Positions 9,811-18,730 of a stretch of 51,636 nt of DNA are shown here, piece after piece; positions within the stretch are counted from its first letter, which is position 1; each line of letters starts with the position of its first letter. Source of the DNA: Deltaproteobacteria bacterium (GTDB taxonomy: Bacteria > SAR324 > NAC60-12); assembly GCA_038150265.1 (NCBI GenBank), contig JAYOTF010000023.1, positions 1 through 51,636 on the forward strand. The letters run 5' to 3'. The notes below the pieces were generated by a model, which saw nothing but the letters and a program-made list of their open reading frames with translations, was not told where the DNA came from and did not search any database. The position numbers were made by a program, and so were the translations under genes.

Positions 9811-10760
9811 CACCATCCTTCCATGAGGTGGGCTTCCCACTGAGCCCAGAGGGGCGCCGCTTGGTACGGTTCCGGAAGAGCAGCGTGGGCGTGTTTCCAG
9901 TAAGCCTGCACCCGCTGCTTCAGGGGCTCCCGGACGTCGGGCGTTTGCAGCAGCGCGATCAGCTCATCGTCACGCTGGGCGCTTTGCTGGATGTCGCTGA
10001 ACAGGCCCTCGGTGTCTCGCCGAGAGCGCTGGGCAAGGGTGAGCATCGGAAGCAGCAGGTCCTGACGCTGGATGCGGTTGCGGAGGCGTTCGCTCTGTTC
10101 ACAGTGCCGGACTTCCCGGCGGATGCGGACCGCCAGCCCCAGCCATTCTCCGAAGGCCTCCCACTGCGACCACTGAGCCTCTGGGGCTCGGGCGGCAATG
10201 GCGGCCATCTTGGCAGCCGCCGCAAACAGCGAGGCAAACTTGTGGCGAACCACGCCTTCCCACTCCTGTGGGGTGGCTTCAAGCCAGGGGTGCGACAGCT
10301 CCTGAATCTGCCCCCGTGAAATGCGCTGGGTGGCTTCCGAAATGGTCTCCAGCAGGTCGAGGTCTCCTAGCTGGGTCAGCGTGTGAAAGGAGATGGAGAG
10401 CAGGTAATCTCCCAGCAGGATGCTGGTTTCCGTGCTTTTGAAGTCCAGCTCCAGGCGCTTTCGGCGTGAAGCCGTGGCTTCCCGGACCCGATGGTGCAGG
10501 CCGGTGGCACAGCTCAGGTACTCCAGCACCGCCGCAAGGTCGAAGCGTGAGTCACTCTGTCCACCGAGCAGCTCAAACGGACGGATCAGGGCCGCGCTCC
10601 GGAGCGGCTCATGCTGACGCAAAAAGATCAGACGGGCGGTGTCTGGAATGATCGGAAGGTCCTCGCCCAGGTGACGCAGCAAGGCGGCTTCAGTGGCAGC
10701 CTGCTCCGTTGGGGTAAGCAGGGCCGGGGATCCGGAGTCGGGAGAATGGGAGGCGTTCAT
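9810..10760 (-). CDS. Polyprenyl synthetase (IspB-like) homolog lacking both DDxxD motifs
   Basis: Scaffold motifs AAVLEYL..ATGLH, RR, ILLGDYLL, GQIQEL, KFASLF, FGEWLGLA and LLPML are present. FARM reads HHRVRE and SARM reads RREVRH. True start is likely MNASHS; the 598-aa track ORF is over-extended. Confidence 0.8.
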   Translation of the reverse strand: MNASHSPDSGSPALLTPTEQAATEAALLRHLGEDLPIIPDTARLIFLRQHEPLRSAALIRPFELLGGQSDSRFDLAAVLEYLSCATGLHHRVREATASRRKRLELDFKSTETSILLGDYLLSISFHTLTQLGDLDLLETISEATQRISRGQIQELSHPWLEATPQEWEGVVRHKFASLFAAAAKMAAIAARAPEAQWSQWEAFGEWLGLAVRIRREVRHCEQSERLRNRIQRQDLLLPMLTLAQRSRRDTEGLFSDIQQSAQRDDELIALLQTPDVREPLKQRVQAYWKHAHAALPEPYQAAPLWAQWEAHLMEGW

Positions 10761-10783
10761 GAGCAAGGGGAAGGTCCAGTGCC

Positions 10784-11617
10784 TCAGGAAGGCATCAGCG
10801 AAGGATTGAGGAGGTGACGGATTTCCAGCACCAGGGACGCAAGAATCAGGACAAAACCAACAATGGGCCAAATCGTCACCCAGCGTCGACTCGTCAGGTG
10901 CAGCTGCAGGTTGATGAGCAGGAGCGCGTACACCATCCAGCTGACCAGCGAAAGCACCAGCCGCACCGAGGCTTCTCCCGAACGGACGCTGCCTCCCAGA
11001 ATGGCTCCCAGAATGAGACCGATGCTGAGGCTGGCGAATCCCAGGCGTGTGGCCTGGTGGCTCATCCGTTCCAGCGACCCCAGGGACGGAAACCGGCGTT
11101 GGAAGAGCAGAGCCAGTTTCGATTTCAACAGGTGCTCCTGGTAGAGCACCAGGATGCTGGCCACACAGGCCCCTCCAAAGAGGACGTACCCGGCAATGAA
11201 CCCGACAATGTGAATGATCAGGAAGGCGTGGTGCGGCCAGGACTCTTCCTCCAGAATGCCAAGCCCCGGGAGGTGGTACTGAGACACCGCCACCGAGACG
11301 CCAAGGAGGAGGACCGCAAACACCCGAACAATGGCCTGCATCATTGAGGTCTGACGCGTTGCACCAGAGAGGATCAGCCACGTTACTGCCCCCCAGGCCG
11401 TGAGGTTCAGCAGGTCTGGAACCAGGGTATGCGGCCAACTGGCCAGGATCGCAAGACCGTATCCGAGCAGCAGCGTATGCAGCCCCCATGCTCCGAGGAG
11501 CCCCCGGTTTCCAAGGGCTTCCTGCAGGTGCGGGTTGTGACGGCTGAGCGTTGCGCCCCAACTGACCAGGTAGAGGCTGAGGCTCAGCCAGATTCCAAGT
11601 TCCCACCAGGGGCTCAT
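10784..11617 (-). CDS. Cytochrome c assembly family (CcsA/YpjD/HemX-like) membrane protein
   Basis: About 8 TM helices, IIHIVGFIAGY and LYQEHLLKSK...FPSLGSLERM signature. Lacks the WGxxWxWD domain. Confidence 0.8.
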   Translation of the reverse strand: MSPWWELGIWLSLSLYLVSWGATLSRHNPHLQEALGNRGLLGAWGLHTLLLGYGLAILASWPHTLVPDLLNLTAWGAVTWLILSGATRQTSMMQAIVRVFAVLLLGVSVAVSQYHLPGLGILEEESWPHHAFLIIHIVGFIAGYVLFGGACVASILVLYQEHLLKSKLALLFQRRFPSLGSLERMSHQATRLGFASLSIGLILGAILGGSVRSGEASVRLVLSLVSWMVYALLLINLQLHLTSRRWVTIWPIVGFVLILASLVLEIRHLLNPSLMPS

Positions 11618-11627
11618 GAGGCCTCCG

Positions 11628-13385
11628 TCAAAGGGCCGGCCGGACTTCGAGGGCCCGGAACTGAATCGTCTGTTCCTGACAGGTCCGCCCATAGATCTGG
11701 GGGGACACAATCAGGTCCACAGGTCCTTGCACTGAAGAAAGCCAGTTGGCACGGTTCCAGGCCACGCACTCAATCTGCCGGGCCCCCTGGACCCAGAACT
11801 TGAGGTGCTGTCGCCCAAATACCTTGGATCGCTCGACATGGGCGTGGCGGACGCCAAAGACCGGCTCGGGGTTGTCCATTCCAAAGGGGGAAAAGGCCAA
11901 AAGCCCTTGGGCCAGGTCGCTGTTGAACTCATCCGGACGCAGCCAGGCATCAACCTGCAGGCTGTCGGGGGAGGCGGCAGAGCCGGGTTCTTCCACCTCT
12001 TCCACCATCTGGGTCAGGCGCTCCCGGAAGGAGTCGACGTTGTCATAAAACAGGCTGACGCCGGCCGCCGCCGGATGCCCTCCGAATTTTTCCAAGAGGT
12101 CCGCAAAGTTGGAGAGCAGCTCGCAGAGGTCCAGGTTCCCGGAAACACGGGCGGACCCCACAGCGAGCGGGTGATCGGCGTCTTCTGACGTCAACGGTGA
12201 AAGGGTCAGGGCAAACGTTGTTTTTTGGAAGGTATGGGCGGCTCGGGCCGCAATGGAGCCCATCACTCCCGGGTGCCAACTGGGATCCATCAGCACCAGA
12301 GCCGGGCTTTCTGACTGCCGCATGGCCTGATCCATGGCGCTGCGCCAGACCTCTTGCTCCACATTCTGACGCTCCCGGTTGAGGGTCAGGAGCATCTGCG
12401 CGTACCGCCGGGCTTCCGTCAGGGAGTGCGACAGCAGCAGCTTGGCGGCCAGGGCTGGGTTGTCCATGCGTCCCACCGAGTTGATCTTCGGCACCATCTT
12501 GTGGCTCAGGACGGAAGGCGTCACCGAGCCCCGCACCCCGCAGGCCTGAGCGAGCGCCTGCATGCCCGGGCGCTGGCAGGGGTTCATCAGCTTGAGGCCT
12601 TCCTTGACGAGGAAGCGGTTTTCATCCAGCAGCGGCATGCGGTCGGCGACGGTGGCAAAGGCGACCAGGTCGAGGTCGCGCTCCAGTTCCGGACGCAGGT
12701 ACCCGCTGGTCTGCCAGTAGTCGTCTTCATCCAGACTCTGAACCAGGGCCTGCCCCAGCTTGTAGGCGACTCCTGTTCCGGAGAGTCCCTTGAAGGGATA
12801 CGGACAGCCCGGCTGGATGGGGTTCACAAACGCGACGCACTCCGGAAGCTGCTCGCCGTGCCGGTGGTGATCGGTGATGATCAGGTCGATGCCCATCTCT
12901 CGGGCAATCTTCGATTCCTCGACAGCGGTGGAGCCGTTGTCCACAGTCACAATCAGCGTGGTGCCCCGTTCCTGAAAGCGGCGCAGCACCGGTTCGGACA
13001 AACCATACCCGCAGGTGAAGCGGTCGGGAATGAAGTAGTGGACCCGCATGCCAATGCGCTTGAACAGCCGGTACAGCAACACCGAGCCAGCGGTGCCATC
13101 GGCGTCATAATCGCCATAGACGACCACGCTCTCATGACTCGCCATCGCCTGCTCCAGGCGCCGGATGGCTGCCGACATGCCCTTCATCAGGTTGGGGTCG
13201 TGGCACTGCTGCACACTGGGATAGAGGAACTCCCACGCGGCCAGGGGGTCGGTGAATTGGCGTTGGACCAGCAACTGCGCCAGCACGAGCGGGAGGCTCA
13301 TCTCATGGCTCAGATGCTGTGCGGCTTGCTGCTCTTCAGCGCAGATGCTTCGGAAGGGAAAGCCTTGAGGGAACACGGGAGCCAT
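11628..13385 (-). CDS. recJ: Single-stranded-DNA-specific exonuclease RecJ
   Basis: YGDYDADG, TVDNG, ITDHH, GSAR and FGGHPAAAG DHH/DHHA1 motifs. Confidence 0.95.
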   Translation of the reverse strand: MAPVFPQGFPFRSICAEEQQAAQHLSHEMSLPLVLAQLLVQRQFTDPLAAWEFLYPSVQQCHDPNLMKGMSAAIRRLEQAMASHESVVVYGDYDADGTAGSVLLYRLFKRIGMRVHYFIPDRFTCGYGLSEPVLRRFQERGTTLIVTVDNGSTAVEESKIAREMGIDLIITDHHRHGEQLPECVAFVNPIQPGCPYPFKGLSGTGVAYKLGQALVQSLDEDDYWQTSGYLRPELERDLDLVAFATVADRMPLLDENRFLVKEGLKLMNPCQRPGMQALAQACGVRGSVTPSVLSHKMVPKINSVGRMDNPALAAKLLLSHSLTEARRYAQMLLTLNRERQNVEQEVWRSAMDQAMRQSESPALVLMDPSWHPGVMGSIAARAAHTFQKTTFALTLSPLTSEDADHPLAVGSARVSGNLDLCELLSNFADLLEKFGGHPAAAGVSLFYDNVDSFRERLTQMVEEVEEPGSAASPDSLQVDAWLRPDEFNSDLAQGLLAFSPFGMDNPEPVFGVRHAHVERSKVFGRQHLKFWVQGARQIECVAWNRANWLSSVQGPVDLIVSPQIYGRTCQEQTIQFRALEVRPAL

Positions 13386-13637
13386 TCAGGAAGAATTTCG
13401 AAAAAAACCAGCCTCCATCTTAGCGAGGGGCGGGTACAGCGTCAAGCAGCGCCCCTGCAGGGGAACCTTCGGTCAAATCGCAAGTTTCGGGCCTGAAGCG
13501 ACCCGCTCAACCGGATTCCGGAAGGAATGAACACCGTGATTCTTATAGAGAAATTCATCTTTATCGTGATTTTTCAACTGAAATACGCCATACTTTTCTG
13601 TTTTAGAGAAACCCTGCACCCTGGCCTTTAGGAGTTC

Positions 13638-14621
13638 ATGGCGAAGAAGCAGAAGCCCAAAAAAGCCGGAATGGTTCGGCGCAAGCAACAGAAGCAGCAC
13701 CAGAAAAATGCCCAGCGCCGCAAGAACCGTCTCAAGCGCCCTGCAAGCATCAACAGTCCCAAGCAGCTGGAAAAGCTCCTGGGCACCCTCCCGCTGATGG
13801 CCTTTGACCCAGCGTTGGACGACCTCCGCATGGACGGAGCCGCCTTCCTGCAACTGCAGTCGGAGGGCCTGGCAGAGCCGTTGATCTTTGCCTCGCTCCT
13901 GGATGAGGCGTTCCTCAATGAGATCAACAACCGCCTGAGCGACATGGAGGAGACCGCGGCACCGACCTCGGCCCGGGGCATGCTGATCCGGGCGACCCAG
14001 CACCAGCTTGAAAACAGCGAGGAGATCCCGCACCTGGCCAACCCGCTGCTGGTGGCCATCTACCTGCGGACCCAGGCCGAGGCCCGGGGCGAAACGCTGG
14101 AGCGCGACGGCGTCCAGGCCGCCATGGACGAGTTTGAGGCCCGCAACGAGGAGTTCATTGAGCAACTCAATGAGCATCCGGAGCTGCTCCAGAACCTTGC
14201 TGAGCAAGCAGAGCAGTCCGAATCGGACGAAGCCGAGGTGGCCGCAGCCGAGGAACTCCCCTCCCTGCCAGTCCGCGAACCGGCGGTGCAGCTGGAAACC
14301 CTGGAAGCCTTCTGGGAACAGCTGCAAACCGAGTCGGAAGACGAGCAGAGCCGAGTGGAGGAAGACCTGGAGCTGTTCCTGGACGACTTTGCCCCACCCG
14401 CTTCCAACGAGTGGACTCCGGAGTTGATCGAGTCCTACATGACCGACTGGTTCCTGCAGAATGCCAACCCGCTGGCGGAGGACCTGGAGAGCATGAAGGG
14501 GTCGCTGGCCCGCCTCCTTGAGTTTTTAGTCGCGCGTGGCGAGGCGCCGGAAAGCCTCCGCGACGTCATCTTGCCCCGCCTGGCCGATCCGGAACACTAC
14601 CGGGACGCGCTGAAAAGCTGA
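13638..14621 (+). CDS. Hypothetical protein with a Lys/Arg-rich N-terminus and an acidic body
   Basis: AGGAG RBS, 327-aa ORF with host-like codon usage, divergent from recJ. Confidence 0.8.
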   Translation: MAKKQKPKKAGMVRRKQQKQHQKNAQRRKNRLKRPASINSPKQLEKLLGTLPLMAFDPALDDLRMDGAAFLQLQSEGLAEPLIFASLLDEAFLNEINNRLSDMEETAAPTSARGMLIRATQHQLENSEEIPHLANPLLVAIYLRTQAEARGETLERDGVQAAMDEFEARNEEFIEQLNEHPELLQNLAEQAEQSESDEAEVAAAEELPSLPVREPAVQLETLEAFWEQLQTESEDEQSRVEEDLELFLDDFAPPASNEWTPELIESYMTDWFLQNANPLAEDLESMKGSLARLLEFLVARGEAPESLRDVILPRLADPEHYRDALKS

Positions 14622-14642
14622 ACCTCCAAATCGGGAGAGCCC

Positions 14643-15869
14643 ATGCGCATCGCAAGCTGGACCGTTGTTGCTTTACTCGTTGGCCTGCTGGTCGGGTGCA
14701 GTTCCACACCCGGCCCGCGGCAGCAGTCTGGAGTGCTGGACACCCCAGAGCATCATGCCACCAAGGGACTGAACCAGCTCGAAGCCAACCGCTGGCGGGA
14801 AGCCGGACGGAGCTTTGACCTCGCCCTGCAGCTTCAGGACGACCATCCGGAGGCTCTTTCGGGAAAAGCGCTGGTGGTGGCTCATGAGGCCACGGAGCCC
14901 GGACGCCCGGCGGAGCGCCAGCAGGCCCTCCGGGAGCAGGCCCGGGAGCTTCAGGAACAGGCCCAGGCGGGGGCTCGTCAGCCGAAAGCGTCGCTGCGGG
15001 TATGGATCAACCGCATCTGGCTGGAGCAGCTGCTTCAGGAGGAAGACTGGTTTCCAGAGGCCGAGCAGGCCTTTGCGCAGACTCAGGAACTCCTGCTGGA
15101 CCACCCCAACCTCCGGAACCTGCAGGCTGAGCCTCACTACCGACTGGCCCTCGCTGCCCAGACCGCCCTCGAGTTTGGGAAGGCCTCCGACCAGTTCCGC
15201 CAGGTCCTCTCCCTCAACCTGGGCTACACCCGGGAAGCCGACCAGGCGCTGGCTCGCCTGAATGACATCGTCCGGGCGCAACCGGGAAGCCGACAGGGCA
15301 AGGCGGTGGCTCTGGCAGAGCAACTGAGCCGGGCAGACCTGGCGGCGCTGCTGGTGGAGGAGTTCCGGCTGGGGGAGCTTTATGAGCGCTCACAGGTTCC
15401 AACCCCTCCAGGCTACAACGGCCCCTCTCAGCAGGAGTCCGGAAGTCAGCTCAACCTCAATGCGCCCGCCTCCGACCTCTCGGGGCACCCGCTGCAAGGT
15501 GACGTGGAAGAGGTGCTGGCGCTGGGCGTCCGGGGCCTCGAGGTCAACCCGCAGAAGCTCTTTCTGCCAGATGACGCTGTGACCCGGGCCGAGTTTGCTC
15601 TGGTTCTGGAAGACATCCTCATCAAGGTGCTGCAGGACCGGGCGCTCGCTGCGCGCTTCGTGGGGTCTCCTTCTCCGTGGGCCGATGTGCGGTCGGATGC
15701 CTACTACTACAATGCCGCCCGGACCGTGGTCGACCGCGGGCTCCTGGCCCCACAAAATGCGCTCCGGGGCGAGTTTGGCCCTGAGGCTTCCGTCACTGGG
15801 GCTGAGGCACTGCTCGGACTGCGCAAGCTCAAGGACGAACTGAATCGCTATGTCCGTTCACGAAGCTGA
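14643..15869 (+). CDS. Lipoprotein with TPR-like helices and C-terminal S-layer homology (SLH)-like domains
   Basis: Lipobox LLVGC. SLH-like motifs FLPDDAVTRAEFA, WADVRSDAYYYNA and FGPEASVTGAEA. Confidence 0.8.
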   Translation: MRIASWTVVALLVGLLVGCSSTPGPRQQSGVLDTPEHHATKGLNQLEANRWREAGRSFDLALQLQDDHPEALSGKALVVAHEATEPGRPAERQQALREQARELQEQAQAGARQPKASLRVWINRIWLEQLLQEEDWFPEAEQAFAQTQELLLDHPNLRNLQAEPHYRLALAAQTALEFGKASDQFRQVLSLNLGYTREADQALARLNDIVRAQPGSRQGKAVALAEQLSRADLAALLVEEFRLGELYERSQVPTPPGYNGPSQQESGSQLNLNAPASDLSGHPLQGDVEEVLALGVRGLEVNPQKLFLPDDAVTRAEFALVLEDILIKVLQDRALAARFVGSPSPWADVRSDAYYYNAARTVVDRGLLAPQNALRGEFGPEASVTGAEALLGLRKLKDELNRYVRSRS

Positions 15870-17307
15870 GGCGTTTCACGTCCTGGTGCTGGACGATGAA
15901 CGCAGCATCCGCTGGGTTCTGGAAAAGGCACTTGAGCAAAAAGGCCTCCGGGTGCATGCCGCCCGCGATGTTCCGGAGGCTCGCGACCTCCTCCAGCGCT
16001 TTCCCATCCAACTGGCGCTGGTGGACATCAACCTTCCTGGTGTCGACGGCATCTCCTTCACCCGTGAAATCACGGCGCGCCCGCAGCCCCTGGCGGTCAT
16101 TGTGATGACGGGGCAGAGCACCATGTTTCATACCATTGAGGCAATGAAGGCCGGGGCGTTCGACTACATCTCCAAGCCGTTCAACCTGGCAGAGGTGGAG
16201 GCGCTCGTGGACCAGGGGCTGGACCTGGTCCGGAATGCGGTTTCGGCCCCGGAGGGAACCGAGCCTGCGGCGCTGCGGCAGGAAGGCGACCTGCTGGTGG
16301 GGAACAGCGCCCAGATGCGAGAGGTGTACAAGGCGATTGGACGCGTGGCGCCCACCGACCTGACCGCCCTCATTCAGGGAGAGAGTGGCACGGGCAAGGA
16401 ACTGGTCGCCCGCTCCATTCACCAGCACTCGACCCGGGCGAGTCAGCCGTTTGTCGCCATCAACTGTGCGGCCATTCCTTCGGAGCTGCTGGAGTCCGAG
16501 CTGTTCGGACACGAAAAAGGAGCCTTCACCGGCGCACAGGATCGCAAGCGTGGGAAGCTGGAGCTGGCCAGCCGCGGGACCCTGTTTCTGGATGAGATCG
16601 GAGACATGCCGATCAAGCTGCAGAGCAAGCTCCTCCGGGTGCTGCAGGAGCGGAGCTTTGAGCGCATCGGCGGGCATGAGCTGATTCACACCGACATGCG
16701 CGTCATTGCGGCAACTCACCGAGACCTTTCTCAGCTGATTGAGACGGAGCAGTTCCGCTCCGACCTCTACTACCGCCTGAACGTCTTCCCCATCCGGGTG
16801 GCCCCGTTGCGAGAGCGGCGCGAGGACATTCCGGCGTTGGTGGAGCACTTTCTGCGCAAAGGCAGCCGCGAGATGGCCGTGAGCCGCAAGACGGTTTCCA
16901 GCGAAACCATGACGGCGCTCAAGGGGTACGTCTGGCCCGGAAACGTCCGGGAGCTGGAAAATGTCACCAAGAGCCTGATGATTACCAGCGTCACCGACGT
17001 CATCACCGCGAGCAGCCTGCCCCGGCACCTGCTGCAGCAACCGGAGGTGCCCAACGCGGAAGACGCTCTGGAGCCCCTTGTGGAGCAGCGCCTCCAGGGC
17101 CTGGTCCGAGACTGCCTGGAGCGAGGGCAGGAGGACCTGATGGATTTTGTCATGCACCAGGTGGAGCGCCCCCTCCTGAAGACGCTGCTGGAGCAAATGA
17201 ACTGGAACCAGCAACGGGCCGCCCGGGTGCTGGGCATCAACCGCAACACCCTCCGGAAGCGCCTGGAGCTGCTGGGCATCAGCCGCGACCGTAACGGAAA
17301 GTCATGA
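15850..17307 (+). CDS. Sigma-54-dependent response regulator, NtrC family (REC-AAA+-Fis HTH)
   Basis: VLDDE and LVDINLP receiver motifs, [22 protein letters not shown] and LGINRNTL. Confidence 0.95.
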   Translation: MSVHEAEAFHVLVLDDERSIRWVLEKALEQKGLRVHAARDVPEARDLLQRFPIQLALVDINLPGVDGISFTREITARPQPLAVIVMTGQSTMFHTIEAMKAGAFDYISKPFNLAEVEALVDQGLDLVRNAVSAPEGTEPAALRQEGDLLVGNSAQMREVYKAIGRVAPTDLTALIQGESGTGKELVARSIHQHSTRASQPFVAINCAAIPSELLESELFGHEKGAFTGAQDRKRGKLELASRGTLFLDEIGDMPIKLQSKLLRVLQERSFERIGGHELIHTDMRVIAATHRDLSQLIETEQFRSDLYYRLNVFPIRVAPLRERREDIPALVEHFLRKGSREMAVSRKTVSSETMTALKGYVWPGNVRELENVTKSLMITSVTDVITASSLPRHLLQQPEVPNAEDALEPLVEQRLQGLVRDCLERGQEDLMDFVMHQVERPLLKTLLEQMNWNQQRAARVLGINRNTLRKRLELLGISRDRNGKS

Positions 17308-17627
17308 ACCAACTGACTGAAGTCTTTGCCACCATCCAGGAACGTCAGGCCCATGGCACCCCGGACTCCTCGTATGTGGCCAAACTGCTCTCTCGGGGAG
17401 TGGACAGCATTCTGAAAAAAGTAGGCGAGGAAGCCACCGAAGTTGTCCTCGCAGCAAAAGGAGGCGATCGGCACGAACAGGTTCACGAAATTGCCGATCT
17501 CCTGTTTCATGTCTTGGTGCTGATGGCTCACCAAGGCCTTTCACCTGATGAGATTGATGCAGAGCTGCTACGACGCCATGGAAAGTCGGGTCTGCAAGAA
17601 AAAGCCGAGCGTGCTCAGCGTCACTAA
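17304..17627 (+). CDS. hisE: Phosphoribosyl-ATP diphosphatase
   Basis: SYVAKLL, KKVGEEATE and EIADLLFH motifs. Confidence 0.95.
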   Translation: MNQLTEVFATIQERQAHGTPDSSYVAKLLSRGVDSILKKVGEEATEVVLAAKGGDRHEQVHEIADLLFHVLVLMAHQGLSPDEIDAELLRRHGKSGLQEKAERAQRH

Positions 17628-17664
17628 TCTCTCCCAACCTCAGAACACTCGCCTGGAAATACCA

Positions 17665-18690
17665 ATGGCTGCTTCCGGAACACCCCCTTCCTCTTCCAAA
17701 CTGACGACCCTCTTTCAACCCGTCTCCGTCCTCAACATCCAGATGCCCAACCGCATCATGGCCACGCCGAGCATTGAAAATCAGGCGGATACGGACGGAA
17801 CCGTGACCCCGGCGCTGATCCGGCACTACACCGGACTGGCTCAAGACGGAGTGGGAACCCTGGTTGTGGAGTCCGCGTATGTGGCTCGGCAGGGCCGGGG
17901 TCATGCCACGCAGTTGGGCATTTCGGAAGAGGAGCACCTGGAGGGGCTGGCGAAGCTGGTCACTGCCGTCAAGAAGGAAGGCAGCGCCATTGGCATCCGG
18001 CTTTCGCATGCAGGCGCAAAGACCTCTGAGGAGGTCTGCGGAGAGACCCCGGTGGGGCCGTCGATTCTCAACTTTGGACGGGATTTTGATGTCAGCCGGG
18101 AGTTCGACCAGGACGACTGTGAGGAAATCATTCTGCACTTTGTCCATGCAGCTGAGCGGGCGCAGGAGGTGGGGATGGACTTCATCCAGATCAACGGCGG
18201 CGACCAGCAGTTGCTCGACCAGTGCCTGTCCCTCAAGTTCAACGGCCGCGATGACGAATATGGCCCCGGAGACATTGAGTCTCGGCTTCGGCTCGGACTC
18301 GACATCGTCCGGGCGATCCGGAAGCGGGAATCGGTGAAGATCCCCCTGGGGTACTACTTCACCATCATGGACAAGATTGAAGACGGCTTCACTCCGGAGG
18401 AACTGCAGGCCCTCTTTCAGCAGCTGGAACAAGCCGGCGTGGACCTCTTTCATCCGCTGGCCATTCATGCCATGAACCGCTGCTTTGATGGCGAGCTCTG
18501 CATGCTGCAGTGGGCGGGAAAGTTCACGAAGCGTCCGCTGATTTCTGAAGGAAACATCAAATCCCCACAGATCTTGCAAGAATCAGCAGAGCTGGACCTT
18601 GCCGAGTGGTATGCGCTTGAGCGGGGCATGTTCACGCGGCCACAGTGGTACAGCTTCCTCAAGCGCAAGCTGACCCCACCGAAACACTGA
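17665..18690 (+). CDS. Divergent NADH:flavin oxidoreductase/Old Yellow Enzyme family protein
   Basis: LFQP...NRIM, SHAG and NGRDDEYG...ESRLR scaffold. The catalytic HxxHxY segment reads NGGDQQ. Confidence 0.8.
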   Translation: MAASGTPPSSSKLTTLFQPVSVLNIQMPNRIMATPSIENQADTDGTVTPALIRHYTGLAQDGVGTLVVESAYVARQGRGHATQLGISEEEHLEGLAKLVTAVKKEGSAIGIRLSHAGAKTSEEVCGETPVGPSILNFGRDFDVSREFDQDDCEEIILHFVHAAERAQEVGMDFIQINGGDQQLLDQCLSLKFNGRDDEYGPGDIESRLRLGLDIVRAIRKRESVKIPLGYYFTIMDKIEDGFTPEELQALFQQLEQAGVDLFHPLAIHAMNRCFDGELCMLQWAGKFTKRPLISEGNIKSPQILQESAELDLAEWYALERGMFTRPQWYSFLKRKLTPPKH

Positions 18691-18730
18691 ATCTCTGCAC
18701 GATTCTCCTCCTCTCGTATCAAGGATCCTC

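Noticed and set aside
9810..11606. 598-aa ORF in the track suggesting a long N-terminal extension on the prenyl synthase homolog
   Set aside because: The first ~280 codons are an alternate frame of the CcsA-like gene with P/G/A/R-rich junk composition. The real start is likely 10760.
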